From IMG/VR virus record IMGVR_UViG_3300014204_000128, positions 1-64,000 of that record: 64,000 bases of DNA; one strand, 5' to 3'. The notes under the pieces were generated by a model. That model was not told where the DNA came from, did not search any database, and was given only the letters and a program-made list of their open reading frames with translations. Position 1 is the stretch's first letter. Every line of letters begins with the position of its first letter. This document shows positions 1 through 10,213 of this stretch, piece after piece. Position numbers and translations under genes: made by a program. This DNA comes from a virus. Its lineage: Duplodnaviria > Caudoviricetes.

Positions 1-1
1 C

Positions 2-76
2 GACGTACAGGGTTGCATCACGGTGGGTGATCTCGGCGAGTTGTACACACGAGAGTATAACAAGAAGTATGCATAG
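2..76 (+). CDS. C-terminal fragment of a gene starting upstream of the window (DVQGCITVGDLGELYTREYNKKYA*)
   Basis: Open frame from nt 2 to TAG at 74-76, overlapping the ATG at 69. Not in the ORF track. Confidence 0.45.
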   Translation, partial: DVQGCITVGDLGELYTREYNKKYA

Positions 77-515
77 CAAGTTCAACGGTGTAAAGGGTAT
101 TCTACTGAAGCAACCCTACACGGAAATAGCAACAAGGTGTGGCATGTTCGTTAGTGAAACTAACACAGACTACAGGGGTGAACTGTTACTATGTTCGGCA
201 GCAGCCAGGTACAACACGGTTCAACTCAAGAAGAAAGCAGGTATGTACATCAGTGACATAACGGGAAGCATGCACGTGGATGACATGGAAGTAGGGTGTA
301 CATACGCACTATGTAAACTGGTAGATGTCCTGAACTTTACCCATGTTACACGGGACATGATCAACAGGATGATGGTAAAGGAGGTTTCATGTCAAGACCA
401 CGTGTTCGTTATAGAAGACATACGAAGGGTAGTTACAGTACCGTTCACGGGGGGAACGAAGGGATTGTGGAACATGCCTGAAGAAGTGATTAACTCAACA
501 CGTGTTATAGTATGA
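69..515 (+). CDS. ASCH (ASC-1 homology/PUA-like) domain protein, degenerate GxKxxExR motif
   Basis: KGILLKQPY...DYRGELLL and FVIEDIRRV..PF.G..GLWNM match the phage ASCH pattern. ATG at 69 preferred over GTG at 27. Confidence 0.65.
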   Translation: MHSKFNGVKGILLKQPYTEIATRCGMFVSETNTDYRGELLLCSAAARYNTVQLKKKAGMYISDITGSMHVDDMEVGCTYALCKLVDVLNFTHVTRDMINRMMVKEVSCQDHVFVIEDIRRVVTVPFTGGTKGLWNMPEEVINSTRVIV

Positions 516-1486
516 AAGATATAAAGCTGGTGTATAGCTTAAATGAAGAAATATTCGTAAGGTTATGCGATGAACTGGAACCAGACCTGGGTTCTCTCAT
601 GAGGGAAACGTTCTCTGAATGGTGTAACGGTGTAAGGGACGGGCGATTCTGGGAAGCATGGTTGATGGTTGAAGACGGGATGGAAGACAAGGATGCAATA
701 GGTTTGTGCGGGTTGTACTCGCTATCTGGTGATAACAAGGACAGGAAGGAACTGTGGCTCGGGTGGCTGGGTGTGGTTCCATCAACACGGGGTATAGGAG
801 TGGGTACTAACGTGCTGGATAAACTGAAATACATGGCTGTCATCAACGGTTGCACGGATCTTCTAGTATACGTGGACAGGTGGAAAGGGCCAGTGGGTTG
901 GTACAACAGAAACGGGTTCAAGGTGGTCAGTACTGTCGGTGAATACCTGAAGAACAACATCATGGTAGACGAGAGCGAGTTCGAATCGAAAGATGACATC
1001 GTCATGAAATGTAACCTGGGTACCACTGCTGCTTTCCTGTCTGACGTGTTATCAGGCAGGTCATTACCAGGTGATATAGACACGTATGTATCCAAGTGGC
1101 ACGAGTGTCCGTTGTTCGACAACGTGACACTCACCACGTTCCTCGGTTTGACCAGGGAACAGTACGCCAGTTACATGAATGGTAGTTCAGCATTAGGGGA
1201 TATTATTGAAAGTTACAGGGTGTCCACGTTCGATTCTCACGGTGTACATGCAAGTCTTGTAGCATGGTCTACAGTCATGAAGGACAGGATAGAAAGCGAT
1301 TTGAAGGCATTCTCGGAAGGAAAGGACGTGGTATACTCACTAGCTGGCAACATGGTGTTGCTGAAGACACGCGACAAGATGGGTTTCTGCAAATCAATAG
1401 AGGCACGTATAACGAGCATGGACTCACTCGGGTTACTCCTGGACACGTTCAAAGAAACAATGTTAACAAACAATAAAACTCAGTGA
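512..1486 (+). CDS. GNAT acetyltransferase with additional C-terminal domains
   Basis: Acetyl-CoA motif LGVVPSTRGIGVGT and WYNRNGF. ATGA overlap with the upstream gene. Confidence 0.8.
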   Translation: MKDIKLVYSLNEEIFVRLCDELEPDLGSLMRETFSEWCNGVRDGRFWEAWLMVEDGMEDKDAIGLCGLYSLSGDNKDRKELWLGWLGVVPSTRGIGVGTNVLDKLKYMAVINGCTDLLVYVDRWKGPVGWYNRNGFKVVSTVGEYLKNNIMVDESEFESKDDIVMKCNLGTTAAFLSDVLSGRSLPGDIDTYVSKWHECPLFDNVTLTTFLGLTREQYASYMNGSSALGDIIESYRVSTFDSHGVHASLVAWSTVMKDRIESDLKAFSEGKDVVYSLAGNMVLLKTRDKMGFCKSIEARITSMDSLGLLLDTFKETMLTNNKTQ

Positions 1487-1655
1487 ATGGACGAATTAAA
1501 CGATTGGCAATCAGAAAATCTTATGGAGAATTGTGATAAATTAATTTTATTATCCAGGAAACGATAAAACAAATTTTCATCGAAAGTTAAAAAAAACATA
1601 GCAAAAATTAACAAGTGGGTAGAGCCACTTGGATTAGTTATAGCTTTTGTAAAGA

Positions 1656-1847
1656 ATGAAAATCCTACTAAATAACACATTGCATGGGCTTATCCCTGTT
1701 TACGATAAAGATTTCGATGAAAAAAAGAAGTTAAAGATAGGGTCAATTTACGAATGTTCTAACTATGTGGAAACTGAAACATCCATTGCCTTAACAAGCA
1801 ATCTAAATACGGTATCAAAATGCACAATAAAAGAAAACATGACATAG
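1656..1847 (+). pseudogene. Truncated DUF1367-like phage protein remnant
   Basis: MKILLNNTLHGLIPVYDKDFDEKKKLKIG..YE resembles the Bacteroidota phage DUF1367 N-terminus. Similarity ends after about 34 aa. Confidence 0.45.
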
Positions 1848-2092
1848 ACAAGGGTTTCACACGATCGGTGCTCATAGTTATAATGGTACATGTCATCAAG
1901 AATGGAAAGTACCACTACAATAAAGAACGTGGTATTTATTTAAAAAAGGTACAGGTAAGGCATACATATAGTTGCCTAGGTTGCTACTACAACAGTATAG
2001 GTAAATGTGCAAGTTCTGAATGTAACAAGGTACGGGTAAGGACGGCAAGTATATTCAAGGAAGTAAAATTATGGGATAGTAAATTATGGTAA
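1820..2092 (+). CDS. Hypothetical Cys-containing protein
   Basis: ORF only, with CLGC..C...C. Confidence 0.4.
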   Translation: MHNKRKHDIDKGFTRSVLIVIMVHVIKNGKYHYNKERGIYLKKVQVRHTYSCLGCYYNSIGKCASSECNKVRVRTASIFKEVKLWDSKLW

Positions 2093-2165
2093 CTGTATAA
2101 ACAGTACAGTTTAAAACTTATAAGATGTAGAAAACTAAAAGTCAGATAACTAATTATTCTATACT

Positions 2166-2470
2166 ATGGGAATGTTCGACAGTATTTATTTAAATATGAA
2201 ATGCCCTTATTGTGGCAAAGATAGTGAAATGGAAGCCCAAACAAAAGAACTTGAACAAGAATTAAAAGTCTGGAGAAAAGGAGATCATATCGGTACAGAT
2301 GACTATAACAGTTTAGGTTGTACCGCTAGTTGTCATTCGGACGAATGCGTGGATTTCATAATTAAAAAAAGGGGTACAAAAGTGGGTTTGGTCGTGGATT
2401 CAATGTTAAAGTATATATTGATAAGGGTATTGTAAATGGTAATTACGAAATAATTTCAACGTTGGGTTAA
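2166..2470 (+). pseudogene. Zn-ribbon phage protein (MGMFD...CPYCG...QTK) frameshifted at an A7 run
   Basis: The called ORF ends at 2435. One extra A at 2364-2370 gives a plausible C-terminus GYKSGFGRGFNVKVYIDKGIV...* at 2468-2470. Confidence 0.5.
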
Positions 2471-2565
2471 TGATAATAACGTTAAATGTATGAAAACGAA
2501 TAGAAGAGGTTTCCTAGCATTACGTATAACGGGTAGTCAGTATTCTGGTGCATAAAAATACAAAG

Positions 2566-3900
2566 ATGAATAAAGTAGAATTAAAAATGGTAGCCAGTTC
2601 CAATGTTGAAGCCATAGGGTACAGCATTGAAAGGAACATGATGTTCATACAATTCAAGGGTGGTTCCATGTACAAGTATATGAATGTTCCTAAGTCAGTA
2701 TATGATGAAATGATGGTGTCTACATCTATAGGATCTTATGTTAGCAAGCATGTCAAGAACTCGTTCAATTACGGGAAGGCTGAACCCGAAGACTTGTTCG
2801 ATCAGGAAGTTACATCACTTGGTGATGAAATGGACGCATTTCCAGAAGAAAAACTAGGTTTGGTGTCAGGGGAAGAACCACAAGGGTACTTCGATATAGA
2901 ATCACACGCAGTACCTGAGTTGCCGGTCATGAAAGCAGCTGATATAACAGGTGTCATAAGGAAAAACAGGTTAGATCAGGAACGTCCACCAGAGACTTTA
3001 TTCGTTGTAGATCTTTCATGGCTGCACAGTCGGTCTAAATTCGCATTCAAAGAATTGACATGGCGTATCGATAACGTGACGTACGCGACTGGGACAATAT
3101 ACGGGGTGTTCGATGCACTGGCAACAGTCATTGAAAGGTTCGGTAAGAATGTACATATAATACTGGCAATGGACGGCAAACCAGTGAAGCATGAAAGACT
3201 CACTGGGGCTTACAAGGCAGGAAGGGACGTCGCTGTCGGCATGGACGTCGTACATTTGACACGGTGGGACGCTGCAAAGCAGATGACAATACTACCACAG
3301 GTAACTATCATGCACCACCCATCCATGGAGGGTGACGAGACAATGGGTTTCATTGCCAAGACCAAGAGGAAACAGGATACGGTGATACTATTCTCGGGTG
3401 ATGGTGACATGAGACAGTTGATAGACTCCAAGAACAAGGTATATTGTGCTTACGAGTACTCACGTGGTAAGGGGTTCGTTATAGAGGATGAGCAGCACCT
3501 GTACAGTCAGGGTATAAAGGACTTGGCTGGGTTGAAACCAGAATCTGTTGCTCTGCACCTGGCAATAGTCGGTGACAGCTCAGACGGGATACACGGTATC
3601 CCACGTTTCTTGAAAGCTGTATCTAAAGACATATCCAACAACTGCATGACACTAGACGGGCTGAAATCACTTATAGAAGCCAACACGGTAACTGATGCAA
3701 AGATGAAGAAAGCACTGGTAACACTTCAAGAAAATATGGTTCAGTTGGAACTTAACTGGAAGCTCACCAACATAGATCCATTGTTCATACCAAACATGTA
3801 CACGTACGAAAATTACACGACGGAAGAGGTAGGTCTATGGTGGTTTGACAGATACGGGTGTTCAAAGATATATAATGACATAATCGCTTTACTCGGGTAA
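2566..3900 (+). CDS. KTSC domain fused to a 5'-3' exonuclease/flap endonuclease (PIN + H3TH)
   Basis: N-terminal VASSNVEAIGY...IQFKGGSMYKYMNVP (KTSC). Exonuclease motifs VVDLS, AMDG, YKAGR, EGDE, SGDGD and GDSSDGIHGIP. Confidence 0.88.
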   Translation: MNKVELKMVASSNVEAIGYSIERNMMFIQFKGGSMYKYMNVPKSVYDEMMVSTSIGSYVSKHVKNSFNYGKAEPEDLFDQEVTSLGDEMDAFPEEKLGLVSGEEPQGYFDIESHAVPELPVMKAADITGVIRKNRLDQERPPETLFVVDLSWLHSRSKFAFKELTWRIDNVTYATGTIYGVFDALATVIERFGKNVHIILAMDGKPVKHERLTGAYKAGRDVAVGMDVVHLTRWDAAKQMTILPQVTIMHHPSMEGDETMGFIAKTKRKQDTVILFSGDGDMRQLIDSKNKVYCAYEYSRGKGFVIEDEQHLYSQGIKDLAGLKPESVALHLAIVGDSSDGIHGIPRFLKAVSKDISNNCMTLDGLKSLIEANTVTDAKMKKALVTLQENMVQLELNWKLTNIDPLFIPNMYTYENYTTEEVGLWWFDRYGCSKIYNDIIALLG

Positions 3901-3901
3901 T

Positions 3902-4306
3902 ATGCTAACTCTCACGTTCGAAATGGGTAGGTTCACTGAAAGAATATACAGTGGCTGTAAACATATTCTCAATATAAACACGCGCGTAACACTATCTGAT
4001 TTGAAGAAAGCAGGTATTGATATAGAAAACACACAATTCCTGATATCACACATGTCAAGATGTGCAAATTCAGTACAAACGCAGGTTCTCGAAGTAATGA
4101 ATGTTAATAAAGAAGTTGACATGGACGTCACACTCAGTGGTGTTATACATGAAAATGCAGATCTGTACTCTAAGTTACACGTTCTTGATGATGTCAAAGA
4201 AACACAATGGGAGTACGAAGAAACTTTATATAGAAATAAAGTAGCTGAATTACAGGAACAATTATCAGTATATAAAGAAATACTCTCTAACTTAGAAAAG
4301 AGGTAA
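3902..4306 (+). CDS. Hypothetical protein, C-terminal coiled coil
   Basis: ORF tightly coupled to the upstream gene. Confidence 0.6.
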   Translation: MLTLTFEMGRFTERIYSGCKHILNINTRVTLSDLKKAGIDIENTQFLISHMSRCANSVQTQVLEVMNVNKEVDMDVTLSGVIHENADLYSKLHVLDDVKETQWEYEETLYRNKVAELQEQLSVYKEILSNLEKR

Positions 4307-4380
4307 ACTATTAAAGAAAACGTACTTAAGGTATAACGGTTAACACACATTTGGTCAAAAGAAAAATAGTAATATAAATA

Positions 4381-4578
4381 ATGAATAATTTTATAGTAGG
4401 GGTTCAGTATCCAAAATTAGGTAAGTTACAAGTAACATCAAGAGACATCGAAGCAATGGTTACTATTAACGGGGTAACGGAATTATATATAGACGGTACA
4501 TGGTACAAGTCTGAAAAGTCAATGATAGAAATACTAGGTCGTAAACAAGTTAAGAAGGATGAGTTATGTTGCAAATAA
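4381..4578 (+). CDS. Hypothetical protein
   Basis: ORF after an A-rich leader. Confidence 0.55.
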   Translation: MNNFIVGVQYPKLGKLQVTSRDIEAMVTINGVTELYIDGTWYKSEKSMIEILGRKQVKKDELCCK

Positions 4579-5006
4579 CGACAATCACACTGGTATATAT
4601 TATAGCATGCGCCCTTATTACCATGCTACTATTGTATCTTATCGACAAACAGTACAGGAAAAGAACATGCAGGTATAAACTACATGTAAATATAAACAAG
4701 TGTACAGAAGATGAAGACAATAGATGTCCAATGGGTACATCATATGGACAGAAACAGCTAGAAACGGTCGATTCTTTAAATGAGGTAGATAACCAAGTGT
4801 CTGTATACAATGCACTAAAGGAATGGTCTAATCTGGTCAATAACACATCAAAAGAAGACAGATGGTACGAGTCTGAACTATTTCCTGGATTAAGGTTTAA
4901 AAATATCTCAATAGAAACAATGGGTACAAGTATCCATGACAATGAGACAGAGGTTAATGTGGTATTGACTTATGATGCTGTAACTCGTTTGCCTAAATCA
5001 CAGTAA
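4566..5006 (+). CDS. Hypothetical protein with N-terminal transmembrane helix
   Basis: Hydrophobic ITLVYIIACALITMLLLYLI followed by a basic stretch. Confidence 0.6.
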   Translation: MLQITTITLVYIIACALITMLLLYLIDKQYRKRTCRYKLHVNINKCTEDEDNRCPMGTSYGQKQLETVDSLNEVDNQVSVYNALKEWSNLVNNTSKEDRWYESELFPGLRFKNISIETMGTSIHDNETEVNVVLTYDAVTRLPKSQ

Positions 5007-5007
5007 A

Positions 5008-6474
5008 ATGATAAAAACTAGTCCAAAGCCACACCAGATAGAGGGTGCCAAGTTCATAGTTACAAAGAAGACAGGTATAGTAGGTGCCAAGACTGGAAAG
5101 GGTAAGACATTAATTATACTGGCTTCAATCCATAGACACGTATTTGGTATACGTGATTATGCAGTAGTATTCGCTCCTGTAAAAGCATACGATAACGTGT
5201 GGGCGCAGGAGATTGAAAAACACTCCGACATGAAGTATATCAGACTGCCAAAAGTGTTGGAAAAATGGAAGGCAACTCAAAGTCTGGCTTTCCTAGATGA
5301 TTATGATATCATCCTTGTAAAATACCCTGATGTGAAAGATGATTTTTTCGAGATACTTAATCTGATAATTCCTGGAAGAGTCTGCGTGATGGATGAATGT
5401 CATAAATTAAAGACACCTGATACAAAGCTGGTTCGTTTACTCAGTAACTTGACAAGAGAAGCGAAGGCAAAATGGGGCATGACAGCAACAGCAATCGGTA
5501 ACTCAATACTAGACTTGTGGGGTATCATGCATTTCCTAGATGCAAGGGTTCTAGGTACAGAACAGGAATTCAAAAGGAATTACTGTGTGATGGAGGAGAA
5601 AGTCATAGGGTGGACGGTTCGGTTCGGTCGCAAGGTACAGGACACACGGTTAGAAGTTGTAGATTACAAGAACTTGGATCACTTGAAAGAAATAATGTCA
5701 GAATACATGTGGACTATACCATCAGACTTGAAGGTAAGTTTCCATGAAATACGGTACACCCAGACTGAATACGAGGAAAACATATATTTAAAAGCTGCAC
5801 AGGGGTTGTTAGAAAAAGACAGCATGAAGGGGTTCGCACAACGTATGCCTGACTTGCAACGTGTGGCTGATGGTGCTTACGATGTTGACAGGAACAAGAC
5901 TACAGGGTACAGGAGTTCAAAATATGAAGAATACATCAAAGAAATAAAAAGCAAACTGGTGTTTAACCAGTCATGTATCATGTTCGCAGAATTCAATGAT
6001 ACATTCGACATGTTGCATAGTCTACTATCAGAGGACTTGAAAGGTGTTCCAATATACAAGATATCTGGGTCATCGTTCGAGTACAATCCAGAAACAGTGA
6101 AACTGCCATGCCTGATACTGTCTACAATAGCGGGTACTGAATCATTGAATCTGAAATTCGCCAACCATGTGTTCTGCTACTCTCTGCCATTCTCAGTGTT
6201 CGGGTTCATCCAGCTGGTCGGTCGTATAACTAGAATGGATAGCGAGTTCCTAGATGATCTTAACGTGTATTTACCAATGTGCGATACTAACATAGATGCT
6301 TATAAATACAATTACTTGATGACCAATGCAGCATTAATAAACACAGTACTTGGTACAGATGCTAATTTGCCAGTAAAGACACTAGATGACCAACGAAGAT
6401 CCATGTTGAGTGAACTAAGAAAGGAACTGCTATGGAGAACTAAAGCAGTAAAAAAAAACAAAACTTTGAAATAG
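5008..6474 (+). CDS. SNF2-family (SF2) helicase
   Basis: PHQ, Walker A GAKTGKGKT, DECH, MTAT, QLVGRITR. Confidence 0.9.
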   Translation: MIKTSPKPHQIEGAKFIVTKKTGIVGAKTGKGKTLIILASIHRHVFGIRDYAVVFAPVKAYDNVWAQEIEKHSDMKYIRLPKVLEKWKATQSLAFLDDYDIILVKYPDVKDDFFEILNLIIPGRVCVMDECHKLKTPDTKLVRLLSNLTREAKAKWGMTATAIGNSILDLWGIMHFLDARVLGTEQEFKRNYCVMEEKVIGWTVRFGRKVQDTRLEVVDYKNLDHLKEIMSEYMWTIPSDLKVSFHEIRYTQTEYEENIYLKAAQGLLEKDSMKGFAQRMPDLQRVADGAYDVDRNKTTGYRSSKYEEYIKEIKSKLVFNQSCIMFAEFNDTFDMLHSLLSEDLKGVPIYKISGSSFEYNPETVKLPCLILSTIAGTESLNLKFANHVFCYSLPFSVFGFIQLVGRITRMDSEFLDDLNVYLPMCDTNIDAYKYNYLMTNAALINTVLGTDANLPVKTLDDQRRSMLSELRKELLWRTKAVKKNKTLK

Positions 6475-6572
6475 TCGGGGACGAGTGGTTCTTTGATGTT
6501 TCAGGTGTGCTAGGTAGCGAAACAGGTATAAAAAAGCAATTAGAAGTTGAAATTATAAATACTGAAATTAAA

Positions 6573-7865
6573 ATGAATATCACGGGTGAAGAGGAAACAA
6601 ATTCAGGTGCAATGTCACCAAAAGAAGAAATTGAAAAGGTAGAAAGTCCTGTTATTGCACAAGAAGTAAACGGTACAGACTATCTGGGTAAGAACTATGA
6701 ACTAGTAGTTGCAAATGTTCCAAAAGCAGAACTAGGTCCTGAAGGTGTTATTATTCCAAATGTTCTATTCCAGGATAGTACTGGCATAGATGAACACAGT
6801 CAGGAAGATCATACTAGTGACTCACAGTCTAAGTCTATTATTAACAAAGGGGAAGAAGGTGTTGAAATAGGGAAGCGTATAGAAGCAATAAAGAACATAG
6901 GTGGGACAACTATAAGGACTAACCTGATAGAAGGTGGTTATGACGTACGTCTCGGGGTAACTAACAAGATGTTGGAGAAGTACGCATTGGAAGTGTGTAA
7001 CCAGAATGGCATAGAAGTAAGTGACACTGAAAGTTTCTGGTTGGGTTTCATATTTGATCTTGGTGAAATGCTAGTAAGCATAAACTATGCAAAAAGAGAG
7101 AAAAAGGAACAGGTAGTCTACAATAAAGTAACAGTTGATAATTATGAGGTAGAAACACTCAAAGCATTGCTACTAGAAAGAGATAACAGGTATGCCAACT
7201 TAGAAAGGGAAATGAAGTCTGCAATCAGTGCTGTAGAAGACTTCAAGAAAAACGTAGTAAAAGAGGAAGTAAACGAAAGAAAACGCTCATCATGGTTAGA
7301 CAGTGTAGACGGCTCAATATTATTCCTAAGAAGTTCACAGTGGGCTTTCCTAGTCTGTCTAGTTGGTGTGTTCGGGCAATCGTTCCACATATACCACGTT
7401 ACCTCTAATATATCAGACTTGAATGGTGTGTACAAGGTACTTAACTCAGGTTTATGGGCATGGTTCTTTTCATTCAGTTTGATGTATTTCAGTTTAAAAC
7501 TCGGGGTACTGGAAGAAGACATGGTTAAGAAGATAAAGAAGGTCAAACGTACAATAGGCTGGTTGGTAGTTTTCGACATGTTCGCCAACCTATACTACTG
7601 GTCATACAAATTTATATTAATGCCTGGAGTACTAGACCAGTACAGTAAGAATTTAGTTGACAAAGATGGTTCAAAGCTTACTGAAGTAGATTGGAGCATA
7701 GTAAACTGGATGACATTTGATATAACTAAAGTTCAATGGCCACAGATGATAGGGGCAGTAGCATTCTCTATAGCAATTCCTTTTTTACTTAAGGCATTCG
7801 CAGGTGAGGTACGGTTACCAGCTTTCCTGGATGAACGCTTCAGGGGTTACGTAAATAAACAGTAG
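6573..7865 (+). CDS. Membrane protein: acidic N-terminus, coiled coil, about 4 TM helices
   Basis: Four hydrophobic segments in the C-terminal third. ATG at 6573 preferred. Confidence 0.7.
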   Translation: MNITGEEETNSGAMSPKEEIEKVESPVIAQEVNGTDYLGKNYELVVANVPKAELGPEGVIIPNVLFQDSTGIDEHSQEDHTSDSQSKSIINKGEEGVEIGKRIEAIKNIGGTTIRTNLIEGGYDVRLGVTNKMLEKYALEVCNQNGIEVSDTESFWLGFIFDLGEMLVSINYAKREKKEQVVYNKVTVDNYEVETLKALLLERDNRYANLEREMKSAISAVEDFKKNVVKEEVNERKRSSWLDSVDGSILFLRSSQWAFLVCLVGVFGQSFHIYHVTSNISDLNGVYKVLNSGLWAWFFSFSLMYFSLKLGVLEEDMVKKIKKVKRTIGWLVVFDMFANLYYWSYKFILMPGVLDQYSKNLVDKDGSKLTEVDWSIVNWMTFDITKVQWPQMIGAVAFSIAIPFLLKAFAGEVRLPAFLDERFRGYVNKQ

Positions 7866-7868
7866 GGT

Positions 7869-8699
7869 ATGGAAGAGATATGCAGATGTAGCGGTCAAGG
7901 GTCATATGATGACGGGAATGGAAACATGGTTCCTTGCATATGTCAGATAAAGAAGATAATACTTAAATACTTAGAACCATTCATAGGCATAAGGAAACCA
8001 GATGCTTACATAGTCAATACAATAGACACCCTTTTGTTAAAGTGGAAGAAGTCAGAAGAAACTGTAAATGAAGAAGACAAGAAGATAATTCTTAATTCAA
8101 CAATGCAGGACTATGAGAAGAAAGCATTATTAAAAGCACGTAAACCAATCAAGATACGCAAGAAATGGTTATTGTTCGAGCAATTTCATGAAGGTGTACG
8201 ACAGGAATTCTCAAAAATAAATGTCGGCAGGGATTACATGTCTATACTTTTCTATTACTTGTATGTAACAGGCGAGTATATATCATACCATATGCTAGAT
8301 ACAAATCAATTGTTAAACCTATATTACTCATATGATGAAGGAGTTATAGAAAAGCACGGGGGTGTTGGTTTCTACGGTTTAAAGTGCAATACACTCATAT
8401 TGCTATGCAAGAAGAACCATATCTTAAACAGGGAACTATTTAAGATAATAAGCCACTTCATAGACACATACTCAGATAGGAACATAATAATATACGCAGA
8501 CAAGGAATTCAGATATCCTATGTTAATGGTACGTAAGACAGCAGGTGAACCTGAAGTAAGAGAAAACCTATATGTAGATTTGATTAAAAGAACTGAATTC
8601 TCTGATATAGTGTGTAATGTTCCAAAAGAAAAAATCAATCAAGAACAACCTAAAGAACATGTAGTAGATGTTAAAACCACAAGCAAAAAAAGTAGTTAA
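7869..8699 (+). CDS. Zn-binding protein, possible degenerate DnaC/DnaI-like helicase loader
   Basis: CxCxGxG...PCIC N-terminus, directly upstream of dnaB. No intact Walker A. Confidence 0.45.
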   Translation: MEEICRCSGQGSYDDGNGNMVPCICQIKKIILKYLEPFIGIRKPDAYIVNTIDTLLLKWKKSEETVNEEDKKIILNSTMQDYEKKALLKARKPIKIRKKWLLFEQFHEGVRQEFSKINVGRDYMSILFYYLYVTGEYISYHMLDTNQLLNLYYSYDEGVIEKHGGVGFYGLKCNTLILLCKKNHILNRELFKIISHFIDTYSDRNIIIYADKEFRYPMLMVRKTAGEPEVRENLYVDLIKRTEFSDIVCNVPKEKINQEQPKEHVVDVKTTSKKSS

Positions 8700-10209
8700 G
8701 ACCGAATTTGCACTTACATTCTTTGATATTGCATACTCTCTCGGTGGTAGGTCTAACGTGGACGTTATACAGAAGAGTTTAGAACAAATTGACGCTGTAT
8801 TGCTCACGGCTAAGGAGCAAGAGGTTCTGCAATGCATGATAAATACATACAAGTCTGATTCAATATACCCATCATGGGTGTACTTGCAAGAAAGGTATGG
8901 TATAATATCAAATGCCCCTATACGGAACATGGGTGACTTTAACACGGCTTTAAGGGATCTACTCAGTTTAAGGAACACGGAGTTGATGCGTATGGAAGTT
9001 TCAAATGCAACAGTAGAATCACTAGATTCTGCTGATTACAGGGCTAAACTACTATCAATAGCAGACAGGTACAAGGAGAGTGCCAATGTCAACACTATAA
9101 TGACATACAGGTCCGTGCGTGAACAGTACGAATTATCAAAGAAGAACCAACTCACTGGGGTAACATCTGGGGTAGAGTCAATAGATAAACTTACAGCAGG
9201 GTTCCAACAAGGTACTATAGTGACAGTAGCTGGTTTTACGTCGCATGGAAAAAGTACACTCAGCAATAACATGGCGTACTTGAATGCATTACAAGGTAAG
9301 AAAGTTGGTGTGGTGTCATTGGAGATAGTTCCTTTACTCTGCAATTACATATACCTATCAAGACATAGCGCTACACTAGGAAAAAACATAGCATATCAAG
9401 GAATCATCAGTGCAAGTTTATCTGAAGAACAGGAACGGACATTATGGGATATAGTAGACGTAGACTACTTGGAAAAAGTGGGGAACAACATATGTATAGT
9501 TGGTATGGAAGACATACCATCATGGACGGAACAGGGGGTAGCCCAGTTGTACCAGAACATGGAGGAGGTACTGGGTGGCTTAGATTTGGTAATATGGGAC
9601 CACGTTAACCAGTTTAAGTATATAAATTTTGGTAAAGACATAACGGGAGATCACTGCATACACTGGTTAACATGTTTGACCAAGACGTATAAGACAAAAC
9701 AGGACACAAAGCCAGTTACTGTGCTGGTAACGCAGACTAACAGGGAGGGATTCAAGCAGGCTGCCAGGCATGACGGTCAATATCAATTGACGGCATTACA
9801 AGATTTCAACGAGGTAGAGAAGAGTTCAACATACGTGGTATTCACGTTTGCAAATGAATCTAACAGGAAAGATAACGAAGCAAAATTACAGTTACTGAAA
9901 CACAGGTTGGGGATGGTAATGGCAGAACCAGAAACAACAGGGATAGATTTCGAGTTCTCAAGGGTAAATTCAGGGTTCGGGGAAGTCATCACGTCAGTAA
10001 GTGGGGAAAGAACAGACGGTATACTCGGGAGTTTATTTACAATGCAGGGGCATCTAGGTGTTGACAATCCATTAGAAACAGACTTTGAAAATGAAGGTAT
10101 CCTAGCAGGCATAAGGAACTCAGAAGCAAATTACGTAAAACAAAAGGATGGGGCACCTCCAATAGACAGGTTCGGTAACGTGAATAAAAAAGGGGACTTC
10201 CAAGTGTAA
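8668..10209 (+). CDS. dnaB: DnaB-like replicative helicase
   Basis: GVTSGVESIDKLTAGF, Walker A GFTSHGKST, SLE, WDHVN, TQTNR, LLKHRLG. Confidence 0.9.
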   Translation: MLKPQAKKVVKTEFALTFFDIAYSLGGRSNVDVIQKSLEQIDAVLLTAKEQEVLQCMINTYKSDSIYPSWVYLQERYGIISNAPIRNMGDFNTALRDLLSLRNTELMRMEVSNATVESLDSADYRAKLLSIADRYKESANVNTIMTYRSVREQYELSKKNQLTGVTSGVESIDKLTAGFQQGTIVTVAGFTSHGKSTLSNNMAYLNALQGKKVGVVSLEIVPLLCNYIYLSRHSATLGKNIAYQGIISASLSEEQERTLWDIVDVDYLEKVGNNICIVGMEDIPSWTEQGVAQLYQNMEEVLGGLDLVIWDHVNQFKYINFGKDITGDHCIHWLTCLTKTYKTKQDTKPVTVLVTQTNREGFKQAARHDGQYQLTALQDFNEVEKSSTYVVFTFANESNRKDNEAKLQLLKHRLGMVMAEPETTGIDFEFSRVNSGFGEVITSVSGERTDGILGSLFTMQGHLGVDNPLETDFENEGILAGIRNSEANYVKQKDGAPPIDRFGNVNKKGDFQV

Positions 10210-10213
10210 AACT

